Under the pieces are notes generated by a model. It had not been told where the DNA came from, did not search any database, and saw nothing but the letters and a program-made list of their open reading frames with translations. A stretch of 36,399 bases of DNA from Gemmatimonadota bacterium (GTDB lineage Bacteria; Gemmatimonadota; Gemmatimonadetes; Gemmatimonadales; Gemmatimonadaceae), in assembly GCA_031372565.1 (NCBI GenBank), contig JANMLN010000108.1, forward strand, positions 1 to 36,399. Reading direction: 5' to 3'. Below are positions 9,748 through 19,479 of the stretch, piece by piece; the stretch's first letter is position 1, and each line of letters begins with the position of its first letter. A program made the position numbers and the translations under genes.

Positions 9748-11454
9748 CTACTCCGCGCCGACGAGTTCGAGGAGGGCGAAGAGTTCGTCGACCTCATCCG
9801 GTGACGGGCTGCCATTGCGCGCCTTGACCGCATTGCGAATCTCGAGGGCCCGGTCGAGCGCCGAGCGCCCGCGGTACTCGAGGTCCTCGATGGCCACCAC
9901 ACTCTCGTCGTTGAGGGCGACCGGTTCTGCGAGCGGCTCGTCGGCCAGGCGCTCGAGGCCCGCGAGCCCTTGGCCCAGCAGTTCCAGGAGCGCGCCGCCA
10001 CGAATTCCACCGCCGTTTGCCACCGCCCCGGAAGACGCGGCCGGTACGACGGGAGCCACCGCGGCCACGGGCATGGCCGGCGTCGCACGATGGGCCGGCG
10101 CAGGCGGCCCGGAGACGAGGCTCTCCTGTCCATCGGGGGCCAGGCTCTCGATCGGCACGATCACGTCGCGCCGCGTCTGTGCCGGAGCCGGGACGGCCAC
10201 GACGGCGCTGATGGCGGGGACAGCGCCCATCGGGGTCGGCGCGCGCAGGTGCGGCGCATCCGGTGGCGGTGCGTTGAGGATCGCGGAGATGCGCGTGATG
10301 GGATCGCCGCCTTGCCGCGTGAGGAGCGTTGCGACCTCGTCGACCTGATCGAGATGACCGGAGTCGAGACGGCCCACGCCCTCGAGGGCCCGCTGCGCAA
10401 ACTTGGCGACAGTGGTCTCCGCGAAACTCTCGGCGTGGTTCATGAGCGTGCGGACCGCCAGGCGCAGTTCGCGCCCGACACGATCGCGCGACACGATGTC
10501 CGTGGCGCTGCGCCCCTCGGCCACGAAGCGCCGCAGGTGCTCGGCCATGCTCACGACTTCGAGACGAAAGCGCTGGTGCGGCGTACTCGGCGGCTCCGCG
10601 TTCCGATCGAGGAGGTGCGGACCGTCGTCTTCGTAGAAGAGGGTCGCGATCGGGACGATGCGATCGCCTTCGGCACTCTCGCTCTGCCATGCCGCGATCG
10701 CGTTGGCGAACCGCGAAAGCTCGGGCCCGGTGGCGGCCGGCGCCTCGCCAGCGCGCAGGGCGATTCCGGCGCGGGCCAGGACGTCGGTGGCGGCGGCGAG
10801 GACCTCGTGCGCCAATTCGCCGATGACCCCCGACTCGCGTTCGATCGACAACAGGGCGCGCTCGATTCCCTCGACGATCTCTGCCATCGGGGGCAGATCC
10901 TTGAGGGCGGCGATGCCGCGGAGGCGGCGCACGCGCTGCATCACGCTGTCGCGGTGTGCGGCATCGGTGGGGCGGGCGCGCACCCCCGCGACACCCATGG
11001 CGAGGTCATCGGCCTCGAGCGCGAGGAAGGCCGTGCCCAGTGCGGTGGCCGCGGGCGAGGCGACGGCGCGCGGTGTCGCGGGCGCGATCGCTTCGAGTTC
11101 GGCCGTGCGCGCGCGCGCCTTGGCCTGCTCGATCTCCCCCCAATCCCGCACGCGGTGGAGCAGGACCTTGAGGTCGTCGACGGCGCCGATCAGGGAGGCG
11201 CGCACGCCCGCGCTCCACGGCACGGACTGCTCGTGCACCGCCCGGGCGACGCGCTCGATGGCACCGGCGACGTCGGCGAAGCCGGGCAGCTTGGCCATGG
11301 TGGCCGAGCCCCGCAGACGGCGCGCATCCTTGAGGAGGCGTTCAGCGTCCGGGCCCTGCGACTCGTTGCGCGCGAGGATGCCATCGAGCGATTCGAGGCA
11401 TTCGCCCGCTTCCAGCACGAAGAAATCGAGCAGACCGCTGCCTGGTGCCGTCAT
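9748..11454 (-). CDS. Hpt-like helical-repeat protein lacking the phosphoacceptor His
   Basis: N-terminus FFVLEAGECLESL...ARRLRGSATMA resembles CheA P1/Hpt (AHTLKG); second repeat VRRLRGIAAL. Confidence 0.7.
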   Translation of the reverse strand: MTAPGSGLLDFFVLEAGECLESLDGILARNESQGPDAERLLKDARRLRGSATMAKLPGFADVAGAIERVARAVHEQSVPWSAGVRASLIGAVDDLKVLLHRVRDWGEIEQAKARARTAELEAIAPATPRAVASPAATALGTAFLALEADDLAMGVAGVRARPTDAAHRDSVMQRVRRLRGIAALKDLPPMAEIVEGIERALLSIERESGVIGELAHEVLAAATDVLARAGIALRAGEAPAATGPELSRFANAIAAWQSESAEGDRIVPIATLFYEDDGPHLLDRNAEPPSTPHQRFRLEVVSMAEHLRRFVAEGRSATDIVSRDRVGRELRLAVRTLMNHAESFAETTVAKFAQRALEGVGRLDSGHLDQVDEVATLLTRQGGDPITRISAILNAPPPDAPHLRAPTPMGAVPAISAVVAVPAPAQTRRDVIVPIESLAPDGQESLVSGPPAPAHRATPAMPVAAVAPVVPAASSGAVANGGGIRGGALLELLGQGLAGLERLADEPLAEPVALNDESVVAIEDLEYRGRSALDRALEIRNAVKARNGSPSPDEVDELFALLELVGAE

Positions 11455-11503
11455 GGCCTCTCCGAAAGTGTCATGAAAAGCTAGAGGTGTCGCGCGCCGG
11501 GGG

Positions 11504-12250
11504 TCAACGACCGCCGGATCGTGCTGCGTCCATGGCCAGACGCATTTCGCGCACGGCCGTCGGAAGTCCGACCTCCATTGCCCGGCTGACGAGGTGGTGC
11601 CCGATGTTGAGCTCCTCGACCTCCGGGATGACGGTCACCGGTCCGACGTTGCCGACGGTCAGGCCGTGACCGGCGTGCACCGCGAGCCCCTCCGCGTGAG
11701 CGAGGCGCGCCGCGTGCTGCAAGGCGTGCAGGGCCGGTCCCTCACCGGGGTGGTGCGCGTACGTCCCGGTGTGGAGTTCGACCGCCTGTGCGCCCAGAGC
11801 ACGAGACGCGGCGACGGCGCGGGCGTCCGGGTCAATGAAGAGCGCGACCCGGATGCCAGCACCGCGCAGCCGTTCGATGGACGAGGCCAGCGCGCGCGGG
11901 TCACGGGCGACGTCGAGGCCGCCCTCGGTCGTGACCTCCTCCCGGCGCTCCGGCACGAGGGTGACCTGATGCGGGCGCAGCCGGCAGGCGATGGCGATCA
12001 TCTCGTCGGTCGCGCCCATTTCGAGGTTGAACGCCGTCCGCACCGCCCTGGCGATCGCCTCGACATCGGCATCCTGCACATGGCGGCGATCCTCGCGGAG
12101 ATGGGCGGTAATCCCATCGGCGCCCGCGTCCTCGCACCACCGCGCGGCGGCCACCGGATCGGGCTCGGCGCCGCGGCGCGCCTGCCGGACGGTGGCCACG
12201 TGATCGATGTTGACGTAGAGCCGGACAGGATGCGGCGAAGTTGCTGTCAT
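11504..12250 (-). CDS. pdxJ: Pyridoxine 5'-phosphate synthase
   Basis: [45 protein letters not shown]. Confidence 0.97.
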   Translation of the reverse strand: MTATSPHPVRLYVNIDHVATVRQARRGAEPDPVAAARWCEDAGADGITAHLREDRRHVQDADVEAIARAVRTAFNLEMGATDEMIAIACRLRPHQVTLVPERREEVTTEGGLDVARDPRALASSIERLRGAGIRVALFIDPDARAVAASRALGAQAVELHTGTYAHHPGEGPALHALQHAARLAHAEGLAVHAGHGLTVGNVGPVTVIPEVEELNIGHHLVSRAMEVGLPTAVREMRLAMDAARSGGR

Positions 12251-12313
12251 GAATGCGGCGAGGTTACGATTGATGTTCTACGCCGGCAACGGCCCAACGG
12301 GAGCGATACCCAC

Positions 12314-12751
12314 GTGCGCAAGCTGTTCATGGTGATGCTGGCCGTCGTTGCCGCCTGCGGCGGAAATCGGGGGTCGGTTCCGAGAGGAGCGGTCGTGGGC
12401 GCCGTTGGAGCGCGTCAGTCCGTGGAAGGGTTCCTGTCGACGGTCCGGTCGAAGGATATCCAGGCGATGTCCCTGATCTGGGGCACGGCCAAGGGTCCGG
12501 CCCGCGAGCAGATCGACCGGAACGAGTTGGAGAAGCGCGAACTGCTGCTGGTCTGCTATCTGCAGCACGACAGTTTCCGGGTGGTCGAGGAAACCAGCGG
12601 CGAGGGCGGTCGGTCCGTGTTCAAGGTCGAGTTGCAGCAGGGGTCGCTCAAGCGCGCCACGATCTTCAAGTCGATCAAGGGTCCCGACGAGCGGTGGTTC
12701 ATGGAGGACGTGGACATTTCCGGGATGCAGGACTTCTGCAAGGGTCGCTAG
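12314..12751 (+). CDS. Hypothetical lipoprotein
   Basis: GTG 12314 after GGAG; MRKLFMVMLAVVAAC lipobox. The upstream part of the tracked ORF is antisense to pdxJ. Confidence 0.75.
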   Translation: MRKLFMVMLAVVAACGGNRGSVPRGAVVGAVGARQSVEGFLSTVRSKDIQAMSLIWGTAKGPAREQIDRNELEKRELLLVCYLQHDSFRVVEETSGEGGRSVFKVELQQGSLKRATIFKSIKGPDERWFMEDVDISGMQDFCKGR

Positions 12752-12772
12752 GGCTGCGCCCCACGTTCGCGC

Positions 12773-13183
12773 CTAGTACTCCGACAGTTCGATCAACACG
12801 CCGGCAGTCGCGCTCGGATGCAGGAAGGCGATGCGCTTGCCTTCCGCTCCGATGCGCGGGTGTTCGTCGATCAGGCGAATCCCGGCCGTCCGGCATCGCG
12901 CCAGCGTTCCGTCGAGGTCGTCGACGTTGAGGCAGAGGTGGTGGATGCCCGGGCCGCGCTTCTCCACGAACTTGTCGATGGGAGAACCCGGCCGCTCGGC
13001 CTCGAGGAGTTCGACCAGCGAGTCACCGGCGGCAAGTCCCGCGATGCGCGCGCCGTCGGCGTCGTCGAGCGGGACCTCCGGCATCCCGAGCACGTCGCGG
13101 TAGAAGGGGAGGATCGCGGCCAGATCGCGCACGGCGATGCCGATGTGAGCGATGCGAGTGCCGCGCGAGGTGGGGGCGGTCAT
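12773..13183 (-). CDS. mce: Methylmalonyl-CoA epimerase (VOC family)
   Basis: IAHIGIAV, VELLE, KFVEKRGPGIHHLC, AFLHPS..GVLIEL. Confidence 0.88.
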   Translation of the reverse strand: MTAPTSRGTRIAHIGIAVRDLAAILPFYRDVLGMPEVPLDDADGARIAGLAAGDSLVELLEAERPGSPIDKFVEKRGPGIHHLCLNVDDLDGTLARCRTAGIRLIDEHPRIGAEGKRIAFLHPSATAGVLIELSEY

Positions 13184-13292
13184 GGGCAGGCCAAGTCGGG
13201 CGGGAACGAAAGCGTGAGCGATGCGCTAAACTTATCAGCAGGTGCCGCGCAGGGCGCGCGGCCTTACGACCCGAGTCTGGAGGAGTACGACA

Positions 13293-13616
13293 ATGTCGAA
13301 TGCCATGGCCGTTACTGACGAGAACTTCGCGGCCGAGATCGAAGGGCACGCGGGGGTCGCAATGGTGGACTTCTGGGCCGAGTGGTGTGGTCCGTGCCGG
13401 ATGATCGCGCCGCTCGTGGACCAGTTGGCCACCGAGTACGACGGCAAGGTGAAGGTGCGCAAGCTCGATTGCGACGAGAACAGCGCCACGATGCAGAAGT
13501 ACGGTGTCCGCTCGATTCCGGCGATCCTGTTCTTCAAGGACGGCAAGGTGGTGGATCAGGTCGTTGGCGCGTTCCCGGCCAAGATCTCCGAGAAGATCAA
13601 GCAGCACACCGCCTGA
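13293..13616 (+). CDS. trxA: Thioredoxin
   Basis: VDFWAEWCGPCRMIAP; GGAGGAG upstream of ATG 13293. Confidence 0.96.
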   Translation: MSNAMAVTDENFAAEIEGHAGVAMVDFWAEWCGPCRMIAPLVDQLATEYDGKVKVRKLDCDENSATMQKYGVRSIPAILFFKDGKVVDQVVGAFPAKISEKIKQHTA

Positions 13617-13730
13617 ACGGCGGGGGCGGCGCTGCCGTCCCTCGTTGCGGGCCTCATACGCACGGCGACAACTTACGCCCGGATTCCCGCGAGGAATTCG
13701 GGCGTTTGCCGTTCCCTTCCACACCGCCAC

Positions 13731-14714
13731 ATGCCTGCCAGCATCGACGGTCTGCGCTTCCCGGCCGAGCGGAGCATCCTGCCGCGCACACGGCTCGCGT
13801 ACATCCATGTCGCCAACCTGCTCAACGACGCCAAGCGTGAGCGGGCGTCGCGGGTGTTCGGCTACGTGGCCATCTGGCTGCCCGAGGAAGTGGTGCTGCT
13901 GTACCTGCAGGAAGGCGAGGTCGTGACCGCGACGCGCACGGTGGACGGGCGGCACTACCAGGTGCTGCCCATCGCGGAAGCGCTCGCGCACGTGCCCCCC
14001 GCCCCCGAGTTCGGGTGGTTGAGCTTCGGCGAGGCGCCCGATGAGCAGTTGGCCTGCATGTTTGCCGCGCAGACCACGCGCGAGATCGGGTGGCCCAGCG
14101 AACTGAGCGTGGAGCAGCCCAAGAAGCTGTTCCCCTACCTCATGGCGACGACCTTTGACGGCATGGTCGAGGTCGTCGCGGACGACGCGGTGAATTACCT
14201 GATCTTCCGCAACGGCGTCGTGCAGCGCGCCTATCTCGCGTCAGACGTCGGTACGGCGCCCATCGAGCATGTGGCGGCGCTGTTCGCCAAGGGTTCCGTG
14301 CGTCACCCGTTGCGCGTGCGGCGGTGGGAGTTTGCGCCGCCACTGCCGGTGCAAGCGAAGCCCCAGCTGATCGCGGCCTATCGCGAGCTGGTCGGCGGCC
14401 TCGTCACACGACTGGTGGCGGAGGGCGCCGATGCTGCGGCGGCGATCGCGGAGGCAGCCCGGAAGAGCCTGCTGGTGCAGCACCCTCCACTCGAGTTCTT
14501 CGCGGTGACCGGTCGCCCCATGAAGGATCCGGCGGCGGACACCGACGCGCTGACCGCGGCGGTCGCCGCCTGGGTGTCGGAGCTGCTCTGGACCACGACC
14601 GCGAGCGCCGACATCACACCGGAGCAGCTGCTGCGCGATCTCATGTTCGAGCGGCGCCATCTCTTCCAGAGCGCCGGCATGTGCGACGCCCTGCCGTGGC
14701 GCGTGCAGTGGTGA
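13731..14714 (+). CDS. Hypothetical protein with two DUF4388/PATAN-like segments
   Basis: 327 aa; stop overlaps the rsmI start; segments GYVAIW..VVLLYLQEGEVVTA and DGMVEVV..NYLIFRNGVVQRA. Confidence 0.7.
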   Translation: MPASIDGLRFPAERSILPRTRLAYIHVANLLNDAKRERASRVFGYVAIWLPEEVVLLYLQEGEVVTATRTVDGRHYQVLPIAEALAHVPPAPEFGWLSFGEAPDEQLACMFAAQTTREIGWPSELSVEQPKKLFPYLMATTFDGMVEVVADDAVNYLIFRNGVVQRAYLASDVGTAPIEHVAALFAKGSVRHPLRVRRWEFAPPLPVQAKPQLIAAYRELVGGLVTRLVAEGADAAAAIAEAARKSLLVQHPPLEFFAVTGRPMKDPAADTDALTAAVAAWVSELLWTTTASADITPEQLLRDLMFERRHLFQSAGMCDALPWRVQW

Positions 14715-15547
14715 GCACGGACGCCCCCGCGGGGACGCTCTATCTCGTCAGCACGCCGATCGGCAACCTGGGTGACTTCACCTATCGCGCGGTGGAGATC
14801 CTGCGCGCGGTCGCGGTCGTCCTCGCCGAGGACACGCGACATGCGCGGACGCTGCTCGCGCACTACGAGATCAGCACGCACCTCGAGGCGCTCCATGAGC
14901 ACAACGAGGCAAAGCGATCCGAGGCGATCGTCACGCGACTGCGCGGGGGCGACTCCCTGGCGCTCATCTCCGACGCGGGCACGCCGCTCGTCTCCGATCC
15001 GGGGAGCCGCCTCGTGCGCGCGGCCATCGAGGCGGACATTCCGGTCGTGCCCGTTCCGGGGGCGTCGGCGGTGCTCTCGGCGTTGGTCGGGAGCGGCCTC
15101 GGCGACGGCCCGTTCACCTTCGTGGGCTTCCTGCCGCGCACGGGGGGTGACCGGACGCGCGCGATCGAGGCGTTGGCAACGCTTCCGCACCCCGCCGTTG
15201 TCTATGAAGCACCGGGCCGTGTCGGCGCGACGCTCGGCGATCTGGCGACGGTGTGCGGCGTCGACCGACCGGCCGTCGTCGCTCGCGAGCTGACCAAGCG
15301 GTTCGAGGAGTTTCGTCGCGGAACGCTTGGCGCGCTGGCTGCGTATTACGGGGAGTCGCCGCCGAAGGGCGAAGTCGTGTTGGTCGTGGAGGGGGCTCCC
15401 CCGGCGGCCCCCCCAGATGAAGAGGAGCTCCGCATGCAGGTCCGCACGCTCCGCGCCGATGGGGCGCGTTCGCGCGACGTGATGGCGGCGCTCATGGCCG
15501 GAGGGGCATCGCGCAATCAGGCGTGGCGCCTCGCCAACGAGCCGTGA
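14711..15547 (+). CDS. rsmI: 16S rRNA (cytidine1402-2'-O)-methyltransferase
   Basis: LYLVSTPIGNLGD, AEDTR, SDAGTPLVSDPG, ARELTK.FEE, KGE. Confidence 0.96.
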   Translation: MSTDAPAGTLYLVSTPIGNLGDFTYRAVEILRAVAVVLAEDTRHARTLLAHYEISTHLEALHEHNEAKRSEAIVTRLRGGDSLALISDAGTPLVSDPGSRLVRAAIEADIPVVPVPGASAVLSALVGSGLGDGPFTFVGFLPRTGGDRTRAIEALATLPHPAVVYEAPGRVGATLGDLATVCGVDRPAVVARELTKRFEEFRRGTLGALAAYYGESPPKGEVVLVVEGAPPAAPPDEEELRMQVRTLRADGARSRDVMAALMAGGASRNQAWRLANEP

Positions 15548-16224
15548 GCGTGCGCCGCCGCCTGCTCGCCATGACCGCGCTGGGCGCGGTCGCCCTGATG
15601 GGCGCCGCCTCGGCGCGTGGCCGCCTCGCCGTTGGCCGCTTGCAGTACGATGGCGGCGGCGACTGGTATGCGAATCCGTCGAGCCTGCCGAATCTCATCG
15701 ATGCGATCAACACGCGCAGTGCGCTTCGGGTGGAGCCCGCCGAGGTGCGCGTACGCGCGACCGATGCCGCACTCAGTGATCTACCGTTCGTTCATCTGAC
15801 CGGCCATGGCACCGTCAAGTGGACGCCCGAGGAGCGCAAGGCGCTGCGGGCGTGGATGGAGGCCGGGGGGGTCCTGCATGTGGACGACAACTACGGACTG
15901 GACGAGAGCTTCCGTGCGGAGGTGAAGCAGCTCTTTCCCGACCGACCACTGGTCGAAGTGCCGCGCTCGCACCCGATCTACCATCTCGTATACGAGTTCC
16001 CCAAGGGATTGCCGAAGATTCACGAACACGACGGCAAGCCGCCCAAGGGGTACGGGATCTTCATTGGCGACCGACTCGCGCTGTTCTACTCGTACGAGAG
16101 CGATCTCGGCAACGGGTGGGAGAACATTGGCACGTACAGCGATCCGCCCGAGCTGCATGAACAGGCGCTCCGCATGGGGGTGAATCTGTTCACCTACGCG
16201 GTCACGAGCCGACCGACACCGTGA
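15544..16224 (+). CDS. DUF4159 domain protein, probably exported
   Basis: RLQYDGGGDWYANPSSL, DDNYG, LPKIHEHDG, DLGNGWE, ALRMGVN; GTG overlaps the rsmI stop. Confidence 0.88.
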   Translation: MSVRRRLLAMTALGAVALMGAASARGRLAVGRLQYDGGGDWYANPSSLPNLIDAINTRSALRVEPAEVRVRATDAALSDLPFVHLTGHGTVKWTPEERKALRAWMEAGGVLHVDDNYGLDESFRAEVKQLFPDRPLVEVPRSHPIYHLVYEFPKGLPKIHEHDGKPPKGYGIFIGDRLALFYSYESDLGNGWENIGTYSDPPELHEQALRMGVNLFTYAVTSRPTP

Positions 16225-19200
16225 CGATTCACGAGCAGATTGCGCGCGAGCGCTCGGCGGTCTCGCGCAGCGTGACGGCATCGGGGGTCGGAGCCGGCGT
16301 CGCGGCTGGCTGCGTGGTGCTCGCTGCGAGCGGCCTGGCGCTGTCGAACGCGCGCTGGCTGTCCGCCCCGGCGCTCACTCCCTTTCTCGTGTGGGGTGGC
16401 GCGCTTGCGCTCGTGGTCTGGGGCGTGCGCCGCGGACAGAGGCAGGCCCGCACGACGGGCGGCCTCGACGAAGTGGCGCGCGCGGTCGAAGCGGAGAGTG
16501 GCACGCGCGCGGGCGCCGTGCGCGTGGCGCTCGAAGTCGATGGCCAGGGCGCCCTCGGTCGGCGTGCCGCCGAGGACACGGCGCGTTGGCTCGCGTCGCG
16601 TGGTGCCACGCTCGCGCCGGTCACGCGCAAACGAGCCACGCAGGGCATGGTGATCGCCGGCGGCGCGCTGGCCATCGGCGCGGCAGGGCTGGCGCTCGTG
16701 GTCACGCGCCATGCGGACGGGTGGAGCGCGCTCCGTCATCCGGTGGCTGCGGCCACGGGCGCGCTGCTGCCGCGGCTCGATGTCGAAGTGCCCGGCCCGC
16801 GCATCGTGCGTGGCCAGTCGGCCCGCTTCGTTGTGCATGCGGACGGGCGGCGCACGGTGATGGTGCGGCGGCGCGTGACGGGCGGTGCGTGGCGCGAGGA
16901 GCAGCTGGCGGTGACCAATGGCCGCGCCGAGTTCAGCGTGGGCACCGTGGACGCCGACATCGCGCTGGTCGCCACGGACGGTCGTGCCACGAGCGACACG
17001 GCGCGCATCGCGGTCGTGGATCGACCCTTCGTGGGCGACGTGGCGATCCGCGCCGAGTATCCGGCGTATCTCGCGCGAGCGGCGGAGTCGCTTCCGGTGA
17101 GCGAGCCGCTGCGCGTGCCGCGTGGCACGACGCTGCTGGTGCGCGCTGTCGGCACCGCCGAGCTCTCGCGCGCTGCGCTCGTGCTCGGCAGCGACACCGT
17201 GCGCTTTGCGCTCAAGGCGCGTGCGCTCGAAACGCGCCTCGTGGCCGACAAGCCGGGGGCGTGGGCGTGGACCGCGGCCACGGCCGACGGTCCGATCGCC
17301 GACCTGCCGGTCCCGCTCGAGGTCGACGTGATTCCCGATTCGGTGCCGCAGGTGGAGATCGTCGTGCCTGGCCGCGACACCGTCGTCGGCGTGGGCGACA
17401 AGGTCGAGGTGACAGCGGTCGCGAGCGACGATCGCGCGCTCGCCGAGGTGGTGATGCGCGTGGAGAAGCGCGCCGGCCCAACCGTGACACCGGTGGCGAC
17501 CGAACGGTTGGCGCGCATGCCCGGGGCGCAGTGGAGCGGACGGGCCATGCTCGATCTGGGCGCGCTCGGCCTCAAGCCGGGGGAGCAGCTGCGGGTCGTC
17601 GTATCCGCCTCCGATGCCTCGCCCTGGAAGCAGGAAGGGCGGAGCCGCGACCTGGTCATCCGCATTCCCAGCATCGAGGAGCAGCGAACCTTTGCGCGCT
17701 CGGCGGCCGATTCGGCCGTGTCCATGGCGCAGGCGGCCGCCGCACAGCAGAAGGCGCTGCAGCAGAAGACGAGCGACGCCTCGCGCTCGCGCGGCAATCG
17801 CGAGCAGGGCGAGAAGGGGAAGCTCTCGTACGAGGACGCGCAGAAGGCGAAGGCGCTGGCCGACGAGCAGAAGCAGCTCGGCGACAAGGTGAAGGCCGCG
17901 CAGGCTGCCGCCAGGAACGTGGAGCAGCAACTCAAGCAGGCGGGTGCACTCGATACGGCGCTGCAACGACAGCTCGCCGATGTGCAGAAGCTGCTCAAGG
18001 ACGCGATGACGCCCGAGATGGCAGCGCAGCTCAAGAAGCTCGAGGAAGCGGGTGCGAAGCGCGACGGCGGCTCCTCGCGAGAGGCGATGGGCGATCTCGC
18101 GCAGCAGCAGCAGAAGTTGCGCGAGCAGCTGGAGCGGAGCGCGGAGATGCTCAAGCGCGCGGCGATGGAAGGCGCGATGAGCACGCTCAAGGATGAAGCG
18201 AAGGAGTTGGCCGAGCGGCAGCGCGCCAACGCGGACTCGCTCGGCCGCAAGAGTGCGCAGGGGGCGAAGGACGCCGCCGATCTGGCGCGCCGCAGCGAGA
18301 AGTTCGGCGAGGACGTGAAGTCGCTCGAGCAGCGGCTGGCGCGCGAGCGCGCCGATGCCGGTGCCCGCGGCGCGAACGAGGCCAAGGTGAAGTCGGGGGA
18401 GAGCTCCGATGGCATGAAGAAGGCGGCCGAGCAGGCGGCGCGCGACGCGGCGCGTGCGGAGCAGAACGCGCGGGGCGCAAGTGACGCGATGCAGCGCGCC
18501 AGCGATGCCCTGTCGGAAGCGCGTCAGGCGCAGGTCGGCGAATGGAAGAAGGAGCTGTCGGAAGACCTCGACCGCTCCGCGCAGGAGATGCTGCAGATGG
18601 CGCGGCAGCAGCAGCAGTTGGCACAGCGCGCACAACAGGGCGAGGACCCCAAGAACCTCAAGCAGGAGCAGTCGGCGCTGCAGCAGGGGATGGAGCGCGC
18701 GAGTGAGCGGATGGGGAAGGCCGGGCAGAAGTCGAGCCTGGTGAGTCCCAAGTCGCAGCGCGCGATGGCCGATGCCCGGCGGCAGGTGGAGCAGGCCACC
18801 AAGGAGTCGAACGAGGGGGGGCAGAGCGGCAAGGAGTCGGCCGACGCGATGAAGCAGGCGGCTGATGCGCTCAACCAGGCCGCGGCCTCGCTGGTGCGCG
18901 ACCGTGAGCGGACGAACAACGCCAGCTCGGCGTCGGGCTTCGCCGAGGCGATGCAGGAGATGCAGAAGCTGGCGGGCCAGCAGGGGTCGCTCAATGCGCA
19001 GGCGTCCGGGATGATGCCGACGCCGGGGCCGGGAGCCGGGCAGCAGAAGCAGGCTGCGCTCGACAAGGCCCGCCAGATGGCGCAATCGGAGCGCGCGATC
19101 GCGCGCAAGCTGGAGCAGGTCGCCGATGCGGACGCGACGGGCAAGGCGGAGGAACTCGCGCGTGAAGCGCGGCAGATCGCGCAGTCGCTGGAGACCGGTG

Positions 19201-19475
19201 GCGCGGACAAGTCGGTGCTCGAGCGCCAGCAGCGGCTCTTTCGCCGGCTGCTCGATGCCGGCCGTTCCATGGAAAAGGACGACAAGGACGAGAGCGGGAA
19301 GCGCGAGTCGCGCGCGGCCGATGCCTCGCTGCAGTCCGCGCCCTCTGACCGCACGCCGACCTCGGCCCCCAAGCTGCGCGAGCCGACCTGGAACGAGTTG
19401 CGCGGACTCAGCGCCGACGAGCGTCGGTTGGTGCTGGACTACTATCGTCGATTGAATGCGCCGCCGGAACGCTGA
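16221..19475 (+). CDS. DUF4175-like membrane-anchored protein with Ig-like region and long Gln/Ala-rich coiled coil
   Basis: 1084 aa; N-terminal TM helices, YPAY motif, beta-rich middle, long Q/E/A/K helical region, C-terminal LVLDYYRRL. Confidence 0.8.
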   Translation: MTIHEQIARERSAVSRSVTASGVGAGVAAGCVVLAASGLALSNARWLSAPALTPFLVWGGALALVVWGVRRGQRQARTTGGLDEVARAVEAESGTRAGAVRVALEVDGQGALGRRAAEDTARWLASRGATLAPVTRKRATQGMVIAGGALAIGAAGLALVVTRHADGWSALRHPVAAATGALLPRLDVEVPGPRIVRGQSARFVVHADGRRTVMVRRRVTGGAWREEQLAVTNGRAEFSVGTVDADIALVATDGRATSDTARIAVVDRPFVGDVAIRAEYPAYLARAAESLPVSEPLRVPRGTTLLVRAVGTAELSRAALVLGSDTVRFALKARALETRLVADKPGAWAWTAATADGPIADLPVPLEVDVIPDSVPQVEIVVPGRDTVVGVGDKVEVTAVASDDRALAEVVMRVEKRAGPTVTPVATERLARMPGAQWSGRAMLDLGALGLKPGEQLRVVVSASDASPWKQEGRSRDLVIRIPSIEEQRTFARSAADSAVSMAQAAAAQQKALQQKTSDASRSRGNREQGEKGKLSYEDAQKAKALADEQKQLGDKVKAAQAAARNVEQQLKQAGALDTALQRQLADVQKLLKDAMTPEMAAQLKKLEEAGAKRDGGSSREAMGDLAQQQQKLREQLERSAEMLKRAAMEGAMSTLKDEAKELAERQRANADSLGRKSAQGAKDAADLARRSEKFGEDVKSLEQRLARERADAGARGANEAKVKSGESSDGMKKAAEQAARDAARAEQNARGASDAMQRASDALSEARQAQVGEWKKELSEDLDRSAQEMLQMARQQQQLAQRAQQGEDPKNLKQEQSALQQGMERASERMGKAGQKSSLVSPKSQRAMADARRQVEQATKESNEGGQSGKESADAMKQAADALNQAAASLVRDRERTNNASSASGFAEAMQEMQKLAGQQGSLNAQASGMMPTPGPGAGQQKQAALDKARQMAQSERAIARKLEQVADADATGKAEELAREARQIAQSLETGGADKSVLERQQRLFRRLLDAGRSMEKDDKDESGKRESRAADASLQSAPSDRTPTSAPKLREPTWNELRGLSADERRLVLDYYRRLNAPPER

Positions 19476-19479
19476 GCGC

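Noticed and set aside
17740..19300. CAG/GAG-rich quasi-repeats as an array or CRISPR
   Set aside because: Explained by Gln/Glu/Ala coiled-coil codons; no fixed repeat-spacer period and no cas genes.
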